Source of the DNA: a virus
Lineage: Duplodnaviria; Caudoviricetes
Reading direction: 5' to 3' (one strand)
DNA: 64,000 bases
Virus record (IMG/VR): IMGVR_UViG_3300021400_001310
Location: 32,001-96,000 of that record
The position numbers and the translations under genes are program-made. The notes beneath the pieces were generated by a model. That model was not told the DNA's origin. It did no database searches and worked only from the letters and a program-made list of their open reading frames with translations. Positions 39,487-50,630 of this stretch are shown here, piece by piece (positions within the stretch are counted from its first letter, which is position 1; each line of letters opens with the position of its first letter).

Positions 39487-41490
39487 TTATTTAATATCAT
39501 TTCTAATTTCCCTCTCTTTCAAACAATCATCGTAGTTCTTTATTTCAATAAACCTTGAGCGTACTTTCCAGTAAATCCTATCCGAAATATTAAGTGCTTG
39601 CTGAACAGATATGTATTGTTTTGCTTTATTTAATATTGATGTGGTTTTAAAACCAGTCCAATATTCACCATTATCAAATCGGAGAACGTAACTCATTTAA
39701 AGAGATCCTTTTCGATTTTATCTAATTTATATCGACTAACAATCGCCACAATTAAATAAAATAAATAGTATGCAAAACCAATTATTTCAGGGAGTAAAAC
39801 ATAAAACCAATTCCAATCAATTTTTCCTGTAAGTTTAAGCACGATAAAAACCACCGCAAGTATTTCTGTAAAGCCCAATTACTTCACCCCGCTTCTTCTA
39901 TTTGTTGAATATCTTCTTTATTTCTATACCATCCGATACTTTGATGCCCTGTAACTGAGTTTTCTAATATCTCTACTGTAACATTATGATGAACTTCACA
40001 CATATCATAAATATTAGGATCAATAGTAGCATACTCAATAAATTGCTTCAATTTTTTAACACATTTATTACATAACATATATTGAATATTCTCTGACACA
40101 GTAACATTTTGTAGCGTGTCTAAGTTCTGTTTACATCTATTACAAATCATATATCATCCTCCGAAAAACGTAGATGTAGAACAAGTTGTAGTTGGGGTGT
40201 TGTATACTGAGATGTTATGTATATTCGTAAAGCTTCCCATTGTTTGACCTATCGTAAGGACTTCATCCAAATTAATACCATTTATCGTAAAAGTTAATTC
40301 CTTATGCTTTCTTACAGCTATGGTTAAACATTCGTCTTCATAAAATAATATTTTAATATAAGCAAAATCCTGTCCGTCTATATTTATCATATCAATTTTC
40401 TTAATATCTTTAACAATAAGTTTCTGATTATTGTCTAAACACTTTTTAATATAAATAAGACTATCTGTATCCCGCCGATTCCTTGTATTCCAATCAAAAA
40501 TTAAATCATTAGAATTATCGGCAGGTGCGAATATTAAATAATTTGGATAGAGTATAGATATTAATCTTGAGTTCATCAGCTTTTCATATTCAATCGATAA
40601 TGCTTCGTCGAACGACTCAAACATTTTTTCGTCACTCCTTTTTTTTTATTTAAACACCGGGCAAAAGGCTACTTGAAAGGACGAACTTATCGCTTTAATT
40701 AAAATAATATTAAATGCTATTATGGCAAGCGTAAATAATATATCATCACGTATAACAACTATTATATTATTACGCTCCACTACTCTTTCTTTTACTGTCA
40801 TTAGATTCAAAAACCAAAAGATAACAGTTGTTATGCCGATACCTACAAATACAATGCCTGAAGTTAATGCTAATCCTTTAATTAACACAATTAAAACAAT
40901 TTCTAAACCACTCATAATACACCTTTCTTTATAAAATAGTTCTTTTGTAAAAAAAGTTAAAATACTTTTTCACTTTTGAGCTTTCTACTGCTACCTCTCC
41001 ATCCAACAAATCAACTGTATCTTTATTTGTCATAACTCAATTATGACCATACGCAACTAATCCTGTTACCTTTGCAGTCAACGCATGGATGGTATAGCAC
41101 CGCTCTGCATTTACCTTCTGAATAAAATTGGCAAACACTTTTTTTGTTCTGGTCGTCTGACCTAACATCACTCAAAAGAGTGTTATCGTTTGGAGACATC
41201 GTAATAGCAACTATATTTGCTCCATTAAAATAATTAAAGAGGGCTTTTTTAATAATACTGTCTGCATCATCAATTAGAATTCCTTTTATTGGTTGACAAT
41301 GAAATTTACCTGTTCTAAATGTATCAGCCGTCATAGGTTCTGGAATTGTAATAGCAAGTTCTTTTGCTTTATTTTTCAGATTTTCTACTTGACTTTTACT
41401 ATCAACAATAATTGTATATCCCGTTGCTTCACTTGTATAAAGAAGCCCTAATGTTTTTCCTGTTGCTCTTTTTTTAATTAAAATATTCAT
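39487..41490 (-). CDS. Run of small hypothetical ORFs (39487-39696, 39693-39878 TM, 39884-40150 Zn, 40154-40624, 40646-40915 TM, 41041-41490 P-loop-like)
   Basis: Closely packed minus-strand ORFs with RBSs. Confidence 0.5.
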
Positions 41491-41547
41491 ATCTTACTCC
41501 TTATTAATGCGCCTCAAAATCTTCCTGATAAGGAACGATTTTTCCTA

Positions 41548-42167
41548 TCATAAATCCTCCTCAAATTGGTGTATAGAAATATATTGTTCATCATCTTCAG
41601 TATCTGTCAGGCTTTTATAATACGAGCCGTCTTTAAATAAATTTAAATCCAAACTCTCCTTATACCCATGTTCATTTAAAATATCCAAAATTCCCTCAAT
41701 ACTTGTCGCATAGTCGGTAAAATAATCACCGTTTATACAACCATCAACTACATATTCGTCTTTAAATATCCCAACATCATCATGCTTGTAGTAGACTTCG
41801 CATCCAGGCTCTTCGGCGATAAACGAAAATTTTATACAAGGAAAATTCTTTTTAATTATTTTTCTCCAAAATGAACTTTCAAAGTACCATGCTGTGAGAG
41901 TATTGATAGTGAAAAAATCATAATCATTATTGAAGGATTCAACTGATGAAACATAAGTTATATCTCCTCGTCCACCCTTGGCATAAGTGGGATCTGAATC
42001 CATATACTTAGCCCATACATTGCCAAGCCACCAATTACCAAAATCATTTTTAATTACACTTGGAGTTTCCTCCAAAGCTAAAAGTTCTTCATTAAATCTT
42101 TTAAGAACTGAATTGTTTTTCTTTTCTGTATAAAATGCAATAGATGTGTTACACCAATTTGGCATCA
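41548..42167 (-). CDS. DUF1281/YubB ferredoxin-like protein
   Basis: PNWCN N-terminus, TAW, EEPG. Confidence 0.55.
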
Positions 42168-42184
42168 CAATCCCTCTTTCCTTT

Positions 42185-42850
42185 TTAATGTTCGTTAAAA
42201 ACAACAGCCTGTCCGCTTTCTAAAGTCCAGCATCCGCCATCGGTCTTTGCACATTCTGCACAATTACCATTACACTCTATATAATTTTCTTTAACTGTTG
42301 TTGTTCCATCTCTATATCTAACGTGCGCTTCAGGCAACGAATATTTGTTGTTATATTTAAAATCCTTCCAGATGCTAAATATAATATGAAGATTTGACGG
42401 AAACTGATGGTTGATATCTAACCATTTATTAATTATGTCATATCTTTTAGTAAAGCAAAGTATTTGACAGTGCTGATTTTTCTCTGCAATCTTAACCATA
42501 TGATTAAGATAATCGTCATTAACTATGTCACCAGATACATGGAATCTAAAAAATCGAGTCAGCATAATTGCTGCCTCAACTTCTCTCCAATATGTATCAG
42601 GATCATTAAATAATAGTTCGAGGTTATGTTGATAAGCATCTCGAACAGTCTTCCTTAATCTTTCTAATTTACGCGCATAACATTTTGAAAAACATTTGCA
42701 GTTTTTTGCACATGTTTTACCTGCTGGCAAAGATACGCTTGGTATTGCTCCCATTTTAATATTACCCTGGCTGATTTTTACTTCCAAACTATCACCTCGA
42801 TTACTGAAAAAAAAGTGAGAGCCATTTCTGACCCTCACTTTATCACTCAA
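42185..42850 (-). CDS. GP88-like Cys-rich protein
   Basis: GN.KMG..S.SLP..TC...C.C...CYA, FRFHVSGD, C.GNC..C. Confidence 0.65.
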   Translation of the reverse strand: MSDKVRVRNGSHFFFSNRGDSLEVKISQGNIKMGAIPSVSLPAGKTCAKNCKCFSKCYARKLERLRKTVRDAYQHNLELLFNDPDTYWREVEAAIMLTRFFRFHVSGDIVNDDYLNHMVKIAEKNQHCQILCFTKRYDIINKWLDINHQFPSNLHIIFSIWKDFKYNNKYSLPEAHVRYRDGTTTVKENYIECNGNCAECAKTDGGCWTLESGQAVVFNEH

Positions 42851-43125
42851 GCATATCTTCCAGACAACTGATCTACAAAATAATCAAAAAAATCATAATG
42901 ATCGTTATCGAAAAGTTCGTTTTCTAACTTGACCACTTTATTATATGCGTGTCTTAATTCTTGTTTCGCTGCCGTATACTCTGAAAGTTTAGCATTTCGC
43001 GCTTCGGCTTCTTTTTGTTTTTTATCGCGCTCTTCTTGAATACGTTTATCATATTCTTCCTCGTCGGTTTTCAACTCTTCGGGAGAATCATATAATCGTT
43101 TTAATTTTGTAGAATAATATTTCAT
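42847..43125 (-). CDS. Hypothetical protein
   Basis: MKYYS..L..LYDS conserved phage N-terminus. Confidence 0.55.
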   Translation of the reverse strand: MKYYSTKLKRLYDSPEELKTDEEEYDKRIQEERDKKQKEAEARNAKLSEYTAAKQELRHAYNKVVKLENELFDNDHYDFFDYFVDQLSGRYA

Positions 43126-43163
43126 ATAGTCACCCTTTCTATATAATACTTTTATTTATTTTA

Positions 43164-43940
43164 TTACTCAGCAATTTTAACAATTTTGTCGTATAACACT
43201 TGATGTTTGGAATCAATCTCACGATCCTCATGATAGTGACCAAAATACCATTTACTATATTCGGTCTTATCTTTGATTGTCTCAAAATATTCAGTTAAGA
43301 TATCGTTACCATACATATCAGAGATACTTTTTTGTACACTTTTTGGACAACAGTGAGATATAATAAAATCTACTTTGTTACCACACTGTGATAAATTGTC
43401 AAGACCTCTTTGCATCTCTTCGTTTGAAGGAAGTTCTTCTTTCCACCAGCTTTGATGGTTTATTCTAAACATCTTATTAAGCGTAGTCATTAAGAATATT
43501 TCATTATAAAATTCTTCTTTAGATGAATAATCGTTACGATCTAAGATACCATCTGAAATATCATGGCTGCTTGCTCCGCCAAAAGCGAATATTTTTTTAT
43601 CGCAAATATCAAAAACATAACCTCTCATAAGATGATAAATATTATCTCTAATTTTATGCGCTCTGCCGCCGTGGAAATCTACCTCATTAAATTCGTCACT
43701 ATACAGCCGATCAAAGTTTTCATGATTTCCGTCCACAAAAAGTAACGTAAAATTACACTCATTTAAATAATCGAGCCAGTCACTTTCGCTTTCTGTGGCA
43801 CTCCATATTCCAAAGTCACCACAGACAATCACGTAGTCATCTCTTGTCATTGTTTTCTGAGCCTTAAATTTGTTTTTAGAAAAACGACTCCAATTTCCAT
43901 GACAATCTCCTGTTATATATATCATTTGTTGTTTCTCCAA
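43164..43940 (-). CDS. Calcineurin-like metallophosphoesterase
   Basis: GDCHG, GDFG, GNHE, GHYH. Confidence 0.9.
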   Translation of the reverse strand: MEKQQMIYITGDCHGNWSRFSKNKFKAQKTMTRDDYVIVCGDFGIWSATESESDWLDYLNECNFTLLFVDGNHENFDRLYSDEFNEVDFHGGRAHKIRDNIYHLMRGYVFDICDKKIFAFGGASSHDISDGILDRNDYSSKEEFYNEIFLMTTLNKMFRINHQSWWKEELPSNEEMQRGLDNLSQCGNKVDFIISHCCPKSVQKSISDMYGNDILTEYFETIKDKTEYSKWYFGHYHEDREIDSKHQVLYDKIVKIAE

Positions 43941-43941
43941 T

Positions 43942-45114
43942 CTAAATGGTTGTACTGTGTTTTAGAAGATACTTTCGTGAAACATTTTTAAACGAATCTT
44001 TTCCATTTAACGATCTATATACAATTCCCTCTCTTGCAACATCAGGATTGATTACTGAAAAACCATCAGCCTGTGCCTTTATTTCTTCAATAGTGTTTGG
44101 CAACATATCTAATTTCAAGATTGGCACCCACTTCATTCCCCATTTTTCAATAATTGCACAACCTGTATTAGAGTCAAGTCTGCCTTCGGAAGAAGTGACA
44201 AAATTAAAGATATATAAATCGTTTTCTTTTAGTTTATAAGGGTTTCCTTGAACGTTACCAATTGACTCACCTTGTATGTAAACCCAATCAAGATCATATC
44301 TATTGTTTAAAAACTCTATAAGTCTTTCTTCTATATGATATTTCTCTTCCATTTCCCAATATATATTTTTGGATTTATCATCAGGTTTTGAAAGATTAAC
44401 ATTTCTTGAGCAAACATAAAATTCATACTTTTCTTTTCCCTTTTTTATACGTTTGAGAGCGTAGGTACTTGATGTTCCATCCAACTTTTCTGTTAGAAAA
44501 TATAAACCATCGGTATGACCGTTATTATATCGCCAAGGCTGGTTCTCTATTCTTTCTTCATCAGTCTTCTTTACAAAATCCGGGAATGTTTTCCCTTTAT
44601 ATTTAGATTTTTTAAAGAAAGACAGTATAATTTTTCTACCAAATTTATGTTTCATTAACTTTTTGATTATAGGGTTTTTAAAAAATCGTGAATGCTTAGA
44701 CTTGATCTTTTTTAACATCATCTCTTTGTCGTCGCTTTTCCTGATATTATCCTCGGCACTATAGTATTTTACCTTTAAATCATCGGTTACATCATCACCG
44801 AACTTCTTGTTAGATAGTTCAGGAAATTTATCAAGCGGCATCAATAAACCCTGACTTACAACGCCACACATTCTTTGGGTTTTAATTTTATATTTTTTCT
44901 TTTCCAAAAAACTAAATCTTTCGTCTGACGAAGGAACCAAGCTATCTATCTCAAAGTAAATACATTTGTCTCCAATTTTAAGATGGTCGTTTTTACTTAT
45001 AACAACCCACCATCCATTAGTTCTTGCATATTCTACTCTGTCGTATCCAACCAATGGTTTTATTTCGTCTATAGTTACAACATATGCTAATGCTCTTTTA
45101 CCGTTTATTAGCAA
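43942..45114 (-). CDS. RNA ligase (DRB0094/Rnl5-like, N-terminal OB domain)
   Basis: YFEIDS, SQGL, KTDEERI, TEKLDGTS, QGE, REGIV. Confidence 0.85.
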   Translation of the reverse strand: MLINGKRALAYVVTIDEIKPLVGYDRVEYARTNGWWVVISKNDHLKIGDKCIYFEIDSLVPSSDERFSFLEKKKYKIKTQRMCGVVSQGLLMPLDKFPELSNKKFGDDVTDDLKVKYYSAEDNIRKSDDKEMMLKKIKSKHSRFFKNPIIKKLMKHKFGRKIILSFFKKSKYKGKTFPDFVKKTDEERIENQPWRYNNGHTDGLYFLTEKLDGTSSTYALKRIKKGKEKYEFYVCSRNVNLSKPDDKSKNIYWEMEEKYHIEERLIEFLNNRYDLDWVYIQGESIGNVQGNPYKLKENDLYIFNFVTSSEGRLDSNTGCAIIEKWGMKWVPILKLDMLPNTIEEIKAQADGFSVINPDVAREGIVYRSLNGKDSFKNVSRKYLLKHSTTI

Positions 45115-45140
45115 TTACAATTTACCTCCTATGTATTTTA

Positions 45141-45365
45141 TTATGCGTATAGTTCTTTACGAATCAGGTCATCAATGGTTATTCTTCCAGCGAGAACATC
45201 GTGTAACTTAGTATCCATTCTTTCTCTGTTTTTACACTTTGAAAGAATATATCTTACTTCTCTCTCTTTTCTCGTTGTCCTGCGATTAAGAATATGGAAA
45301 TCCATAAGTAAAGAAATCTTCTCATCAATTTCTTCTAAAAAAGTTTTAGGTTCTTCCCAATCCAT
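45141..45365 (-). CDS. Hypothetical protein
   Basis: AGGAG RBS before MDWEE. Confidence 0.5.
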   Translation of the reverse strand: MDWEEPKTFLEEIDEKISLLMDFHILNRRTTRKEREVRYILSKCKNRERMDTKLHDVLAGRITIDDLIRKELYA

Positions 45366-45477
45366 TAAATCACTCCTTTCAAAAATATTACTCATATTCG
45401 TATAAGTCTTTTTCGAATTTATTTATAAAAATCCAAAAACGAATAAGTGTAAACAAAATCATTTTCAATCTCCTTTT

Positions 45478-45785
45478 ATCTGTGTCTTATAAAGGATATG
45501 CGGGAAAAACGGGGGGATCCGGATGCGTGCCCATACGATGGATATTAATATCCAGGGATGACGCCGCGATGCTATCTTCGGGGTGTTGTCTCACAACAAA
45601 AATTCAGTTGGACGATAAAAGCCGAATACGAGGCAGGGAAGGCTCAAAGTGTACTTGGAATACTTCGAGTCTGAAGCTGCAGATATCGCCTGAATATTAT
45701 TGCTGGTGTAGTCATCCTTTACCTCTCAAAATGTAACTTCTGCGAAACGCAAGAAGCATCACATAAGTGATAATTGCACACAGAT
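45478..45785 (-). ncRNA. Retron-like ncRNA unit D (remote copy)
   Basis: Conserved head CTCTCAAAATGTAACTTCTGCGAAACGCAAGAAGCA (+ strand); terminal IR ATCTGTGT 45478-85 / ACACAGAT 45778-85; unpaired G at 45777. Confidence 0.75.
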
Positions 45786-45804
45786 TATGCGTTATAAATT
45801 ATTT

Positions 45805-45832
45805 TGAGACAGGATAAAAAAATCCTGTCTCA
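45805..45832 (-). terminator. Hairpin between the SPFH gene and ncRNA unit D
   Basis: TGAGACAGGAT-A6-ATCCTGTCTCA perfect 11-bp IR. Confidence 0.6.
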
Positions 45833-45836
45833 TTAT

Positions 45837-46709
45837 TTATTTACTCGACGAATTGCCGATATCTGTTATGACCGAGCCATTACTCATAACATTCGGCAGC
45901 TTTCCGTCCCATTTTTCATAGAATCTGGATTCTAAAACCTTTTCTGTGAGTGAATCCTGGATTATCTTATTAGCTTTCGCCTGAGCTTCGGCTTCCACAA
46001 TCTTTGCCTTTGCATTTGCTTCTGCCGTCGCCACTTTTGTATCGTTAGTATAATCAGCTTTAAGCTTATCCTGTTCGGCTATCATTTTATCTTCTACTGC
46101 TTTCTCAAAAGCATCAGAGAAGTCGATGTTTGTGAGTGTAACAGACGAGATGTTAATATAAAAGCGCTCGTCTATTGCTTTGCGCATTGCTTCCTCAATC
46201 TCAGCCGAAAGTTCTCCTCTTTTTGCAATAATATCCATTGCTTTATTTCTCGACATAACTGTTTTTGCCTGTGCCACAGCTATTTTTTCAACCTTGCTCT
46301 CTAAAGCGCTGAGTCTTCCGTATTCTGTAGCAATATCAGTTACTTTATCCTGAGAAATTGTATACTGGATTGTTAAAAACAGATCCATTGTTTGAGCGTC
46401 GCTTGAATAAGCCATTGTTTCGATATCTAAATTCTGAACCTTAGTATCATATTTTTGATATTTTCTTAAAAACCATAGATCAAAATTCAATCCTGCACTT
46501 TTTACATCTACAACCTTGCCAAATTGTTTTACGACAGCAACCTCGCCTGTGTTAATAGAATGGAAGCTGAGCGGAACAATTAATAAAGAAACAACTAATG
46601 CAGCTAATGTTATCCAATACCAAGCTTTTACATCTTTATTCTGATTCAAAAATATTAGTGTAGCTATACCAGCGACAATTAGAATTCCAGTTAATAATCC
46701 TATAATCAT
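45837..46709 (-). CDS. SPFH/prohibitin (band 7) membrane protein
   Basis: TM helices, GEVAVV..FGK, F..AVE.K..AEQ, EKWDGKLP. Confidence 0.9.
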   Translation of the reverse strand: MIIGLLTGILIVAGIATLIFLNQNKDVKAWYWITLAALVVSLLIVPLSFHSINTGEVAVVKQFGKVVDVKSAGLNFDLWFLRKYQKYDTKVQNLDIETMAYSSDAQTMDLFLTIQYTISQDKVTDIATEYGRLSALESKVEKIAVAQAKTVMSRNKAMDIIAKRGELSAEIEEAMRKAIDERFYINISSVTLTNIDFSDAFEKAVEDKMIAEQDKLKADYTNDTKVATAEANAKAKIVEAEAQAKANKIIQDSLTEKVLESRFYEKWDGKLPNVMSNGSVITDIGNSSSK

Positions 46710-47030
46710 TTTATCTTCCTTTATTTCAAATATTATAGTGCGTTTTTGTCGCCTTCAGACATAGTTGGTGATCGGTTCAACGCACAAACCGGACGCATTG
46801 CTGGTCGATTTCCCACCCAACAGAGAAATCGTTTTAGCCTATAATAACGATCTCCGTTTGTCCTGAGAGTAATGTACACTCTTCTCATTCAAAAACGGAG
46901 ATTAAAAGAACTATGGGAACGACAGGTTGTCGCTTCCATTACAAGAAATTCTTATTTCTTTATTATCAAAAATCCATTAGGCTTCAAGCGCTGATTTACT
47001 ATGTAAACTGAAGCGTAACAGAAACATTTT

Positions 47031-47125
47031 GGTTATTTGGCAGGCGTGTCATCTCCTGCATCTCTCGGTTTCCCTGTCATGCCATCGGCGTGTGGTCGAC
47101 ACGAAATTTACCACCTCAAATAACC
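47031..47125 (-). ncRNA. Structured RNA element with kissing-loop potential
   Basis: GGTTATTTG/CAAATAACC closing stem; two hairpins with complementary loops CGTGTC/GACACG. Confidence 0.5.
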
Positions 47126-47321
47126 ACGTCTAAAAAAAGCTCCAGACCTCGGCACATCCCCTATAATCGGGAGGTCTACTATCTGGAACTATGATTAACT
47201 TGATACGGTTTCTAAACGCTCGCCGAAGAACTGTGCCGTATCTAATTGCATACATGTCGCAGTAGTATTGCAATTAATCTTCGGTTTTTATTATGTTTGC
47301 TGCGACAAAACATAATGCGAT

Positions 47322-47397
47322 TGGTGCTCCAATTCGGATTTGAACCGAAACTAACTTGCTCCTAAAACAAGTGCCTCTGCCGTTGGGCTATTGGAGC
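47322..47397 (-). tRNA. tRNA-Leu(TAG), short variable region
   Basis: Cloverleaf, loop TTTAGGA, GTTCAAATC T-arm, encoded CCA. Confidence 0.8.
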
Positions 47398-47401
47398 AAA
47401 A

Positions 47402-47920
47402 TCAAAAATCTTCAATAGACTTTCCAATAGCTCCTAAATTCTCTTCGATAACCTTAATTTTAATATCGTTATAAGCGTCAATATAATCGTCGTTGTCGGA
47501 GAGAGTAGCAAATATATCCTCACCCATTTCTTTAAGTTTTTCGTCTGAAAATGGGCAAGTCTGATTAAACTCCTCAAAGTATGATTTGATATCATTGGCA
47601 GCAAACCTGTTTCTCATTTTTAAAAATATCTGTTCTGATTCCACATCTGTTAATTGTATTGACTTGCCGTTTCTAATTATTGATATTCCATAATCCATAC
47701 ACTAATTTTTCTCCATAAAATAATAATAAAGAACCCGTATTCTTGGTCGTTCTTTAGGTTTAAAGTCTTGATTAACAAAACTTTCAAGTGCATCCATACC
47801 TTCTCGTTCATATATTCCAAGACAGGTATAATACAAAGAATCAAGAGACTGAGGAGAAGAATCGCCACCAAAAGCCAAATGCTTCTCTGTATATTTAGCT
47901 AAAGCTTCATTAAAGTCCAT
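47402..47920 (-). CDS. Two hypothetical proteins (47402-47698, 47702-47920)
   Basis: ORFs with RBS. Confidence 0.5.
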
Positions 47921-47972
47921 TTAACAATCCTCCATGATAAGGTCTTCTATTTCAAAAATAGTCTTACACTCC

Positions 47973-48431
47973 TTATCGTTGGTATATAACAACATTGCAA
48001 TCTGTTAACTCATCTTCAATCATTTTGCAGACCACATTCCAATCTCCGCCGCCTCTATCACATCCCATATGAAACGGTATAGCCACACTATAACCAGCCC
48101 ATTGCTTGTTCACGATTTTAAGACAATTCCTTAATGCATCATAGTCGGTATATCGTTTTCCATCGTATCCAAACTTGTCTTGAGAAAACAAATTAATAAT
48201 TGCACGATTTTCTTCATTGTCAATATATACTGTCTGAATACTACCCAGTAATCCCGGTTTAAGATGTGGATCGTCGCACCACATCTTATAATATTTGTAT
48301 ACTATAGGATATTTTTGTTTGACCTGCTTTGCTATTCCGCTTCCCATTACACCCTGACAATTAACCTGATGTAAAATTACATTCGCATTACTATCAAAGA
48401 TATCACCTTTTATATATTTCATCTTGATCAT
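47973..48431 (-). CDS. Macro-domain (ADP-ribose processing) protein
   Basis: KGDIF, HQVNCQGVMGSGIA, MGCDRGGGDW. Confidence 0.9.
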   Translation of the reverse strand: MIKMKYIKGDIFDSNANVILHQVNCQGVMGSGIAKQVKQKYPIVYKYYKMWCDDPHLKPGLLGSIQTVYIDNEENRAIINLFSQDKFGYDGKRYTDYDALRNCLKIVNKQWAGYSVAIPFHMGCDRGGGDWNVVCKMIEDELTDCNVVIYQR

Positions 48432-48765
48432 CCTTTTCTTTTATTAAATATGAGACAGAAACCTCAATTTCAAATTTAATATCGTCCCACGTATCAGGAA
48501 GATCACTTCCTAACCAGTCGGAATAAAATAGGTCTAAAAGATTTATCGATTCTGACAATAGCAGCTCAGTAGTTCGATCTGTAAAATCTATGTATCCTGA
48601 ATTAAACATTTGAGTTACAATATCCTTATAAACTATTTCATACGCCGAATTAACTATTTCTTCTGGCGTTTTACGTTTAATTTTGTTTAGGAAAAGATTG
48701 TGTTCAGATTCAATCCTATTAACTAATTTTTTAAAAATAAGGTTATTTGATATATCATTTGACAT
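48403..48765 (-). CDS. DUF3848-like protein
   Basis: PEEI...AYEIV.K.I pattern. Confidence 0.5.
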   Translation of the reverse strand: MSNDISNNLIFKKLVNRIESEHNLFLNKIKRKTPEEIVNSAYEIVYKDIVTQMFNSGYIDFTDRTTELLLSESINLLDLFYSDWLGSDLPDTWDDIKFEIEVSVSYLIKEKDDQDEIYKR

Positions 48766-48780
48766 AATAACACTCCTCGT

Positions 48781-49077
48781 TTAATTATCTTCCAGATGAT
48801 TAATTAACTTTTTGAATTCATCAAAATCTTTTTTGGATAATATAATATCGCAATACAGATAATCTTTATTTTTCAAAACAAACCATATCCTTTTGATTTT
48901 TTCTTTGAGAGTATGCCATTTTTTGTTTTGTTTATTATAAAAATCACCACTCGTTATCGATAAAAGAAGATACCAATCTTCATCATCTTTATCAAATCGA
49001 AATCTTATTCCTTCACAGCAACCACATTTACAATCAACGATAAAATCTTTTTTATCTTCACTTGTCATTACAGACAT
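48781..49077 (-). CDS. Hypothetical protein
   Basis: CKCGC motif, in operon. Confidence 0.5.
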   Translation of the reverse strand: MSVMTSEDKKDFIVDCKCGCCEGIRFRFDKDDEDWYLLLSITSGDFYNKQNKKWHTLKEKIKRIWFVLKNKDYLYCDIILSKKDFDEFKKLINHLEDN

Positions 49078-49089
49078 GCTAATTCTCCC

Positions 49090-49521
49090 TTAAACCAAAA
49101 GATAATTTATAATATACCTTGCAGCATCTTCCAAAGTATTCTCTTGGTGAAAAATCCCAAGTGAAACCCATGGATGGTTGATGTTGGGCTGCCCAACGCC
49201 AACCACAAAAATATTTTTATTACAAATTCTATTTATTGATTCGATTATTCCGAGTTCGATGTGGGTTCCAATACTGTCGGCTATTGTTGTTAAATCAACG
49301 ATTACAATATCACTATTAATGAGTTGATTAATTTCCCAGTTTCTCGATTCTATATCGTTATTTAAATCATTTTCTTTATACTGATAGAACAAAGGCGGAT
49401 GGATAAATATTATTTTTTTATCTGTTCCCGAAGTGATTAATTTTTCAATCTCTGATCTCCACCTCATCTGCTCCTTTAAATCAAGACCGCCCATCTTTCC
49501 GGAAGTAAATATCTTAAACAT
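49090..49521 (-). CDS. Nucleoside 2-deoxyribosyltransferase-like protein
   Basis: IFTSGKM, WR, SDIVIVDL, SIGTHIELG. Confidence 0.7.
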   Translation of the reverse strand: MFKIFTSGKMGGLDLKEQMRWRSEIEKLITSGTDKKIIFIHPPLFYQYKENDLNNDIESRNWEINQLINSDIVIVDLTTIADSIGTHIELGIIESINRICNKNIFVVGVGQPNINHPWVSLGIFHQENTLEDAARYIINYLLV

Positions 49522-50074
49522 TTTCGCACCTTATCGTTTCCAATGTCTGAGGACTCCAGTCCATATACGGAATCATCACTCCGACATTATACATGTTGCA
49601 AGGTTTATCATATAAATCTTCTGACATTTTTTTAAAATACTTCATCATATTCCACTCATATGTATTGTGAACATGACCGTATAGATGAAATGCTCCATAG
49701 TAATGGTTTTTAAAACAAGTAATCGGATAGTGGCACAAGACTATTAAATCATCTTTGCTACCCAATTCTTTATAGTCTACTACCTCATTAAAACACTTGC
49801 GAAAATCAGGATTTTTCACATACCTTGAATCATGATTTCCGATAATTAAATGTTTGTTTCCATTTAAAGACTCCATTATTTGTATGGTTTTCGTGACATT
49901 ATGCCAAGATACATCACCTAAAATATATACTTCGTCTTTATAACCTACCTGGTCGTTCCAATTTTCAATTAATGCATTATCGTGATCTTCTATATTAAGC
50001 CACGGGCGGTTATCGTATCCTAAAACATTCTTATGACCAAAATGCAAGTCAGATATAAAAAATGTTTCTCCCAT
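49514..50074 (-). CDS. Metallophosphoesterase
   Basis: SDLHFGH, LGD, GNHD, HYP, GHVH. Confidence 0.9.
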   Translation of the reverse strand: MGETFFISDLHFGHKNVLGYDNRPWLNIEDHDNALIENWNDQVGYKDEVYILGDVSWHNVTKTIQIMESLNGNKHLIIGNHDSRYVKNPDFRKCFNEVVDYKELGSKDDLIVLCHYPITCFKNHYYGAFHLYGHVHNTYEWNMMKYFKKMSEDLYDKPCNMYNVGVMIPYMDWSPQTLETIRCENV

Positions 50075-50100
50075 TAAATACCTCCTCTTATTGATTTTAT

Positions 50101-50180
50101 TGGAGCTTCAGGCGAGACTCGAACTCGCAACCTGATGCTTACGACAAGCACCTGCTCTACCTATTGAGCTTTACTGAAGC
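50101..50180 (-). tRNA. Atypical tRNA-Thr-like gene (9-nt anticodon loop)
   Basis: Paralogue of 51331-51406; loop TTGTCGTAA; 2 extra nt after the acceptor stem; CCA present. Confidence 0.6.
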
Positions 50181-50630
50181 ATATTGATATGATTCCCTCG
50201 CAAGGACGCTCATATCAGGCGCAAGTATACTTTTAGAATTTACTCCCTCTTCACAGTCGTCGACTTGCCTAATCGCGTACTGCCTTATCATATCCTTTAT
50301 TAAACGAGTGGAGTGGTAAGGAACCGCCTCTCGTTGTTCTTTGGGCTTCAGTCGGGTTATGAGTATACTCACTTACCAACAAAACTTACAAGTCGTTTTT
50401 AGACGATTGTCATGTAATAAAAAGCCTTAGCCCAATGACTTTTTTATTTGAACAGCGTATGGTACTCCTTCCTCATACAGGACAACTCCGTTGTATTATT
50501 AAGGCTCCAACGGAAGAGCAAGGTATGGCTGTTCTTCATGCCTTTAACTTATTGTGGAACATTAAACACACTCCATAAACTAACACCTCATGCTTTTTAT
50601 AAAACAATATATGAAATATAGATTGAATCA

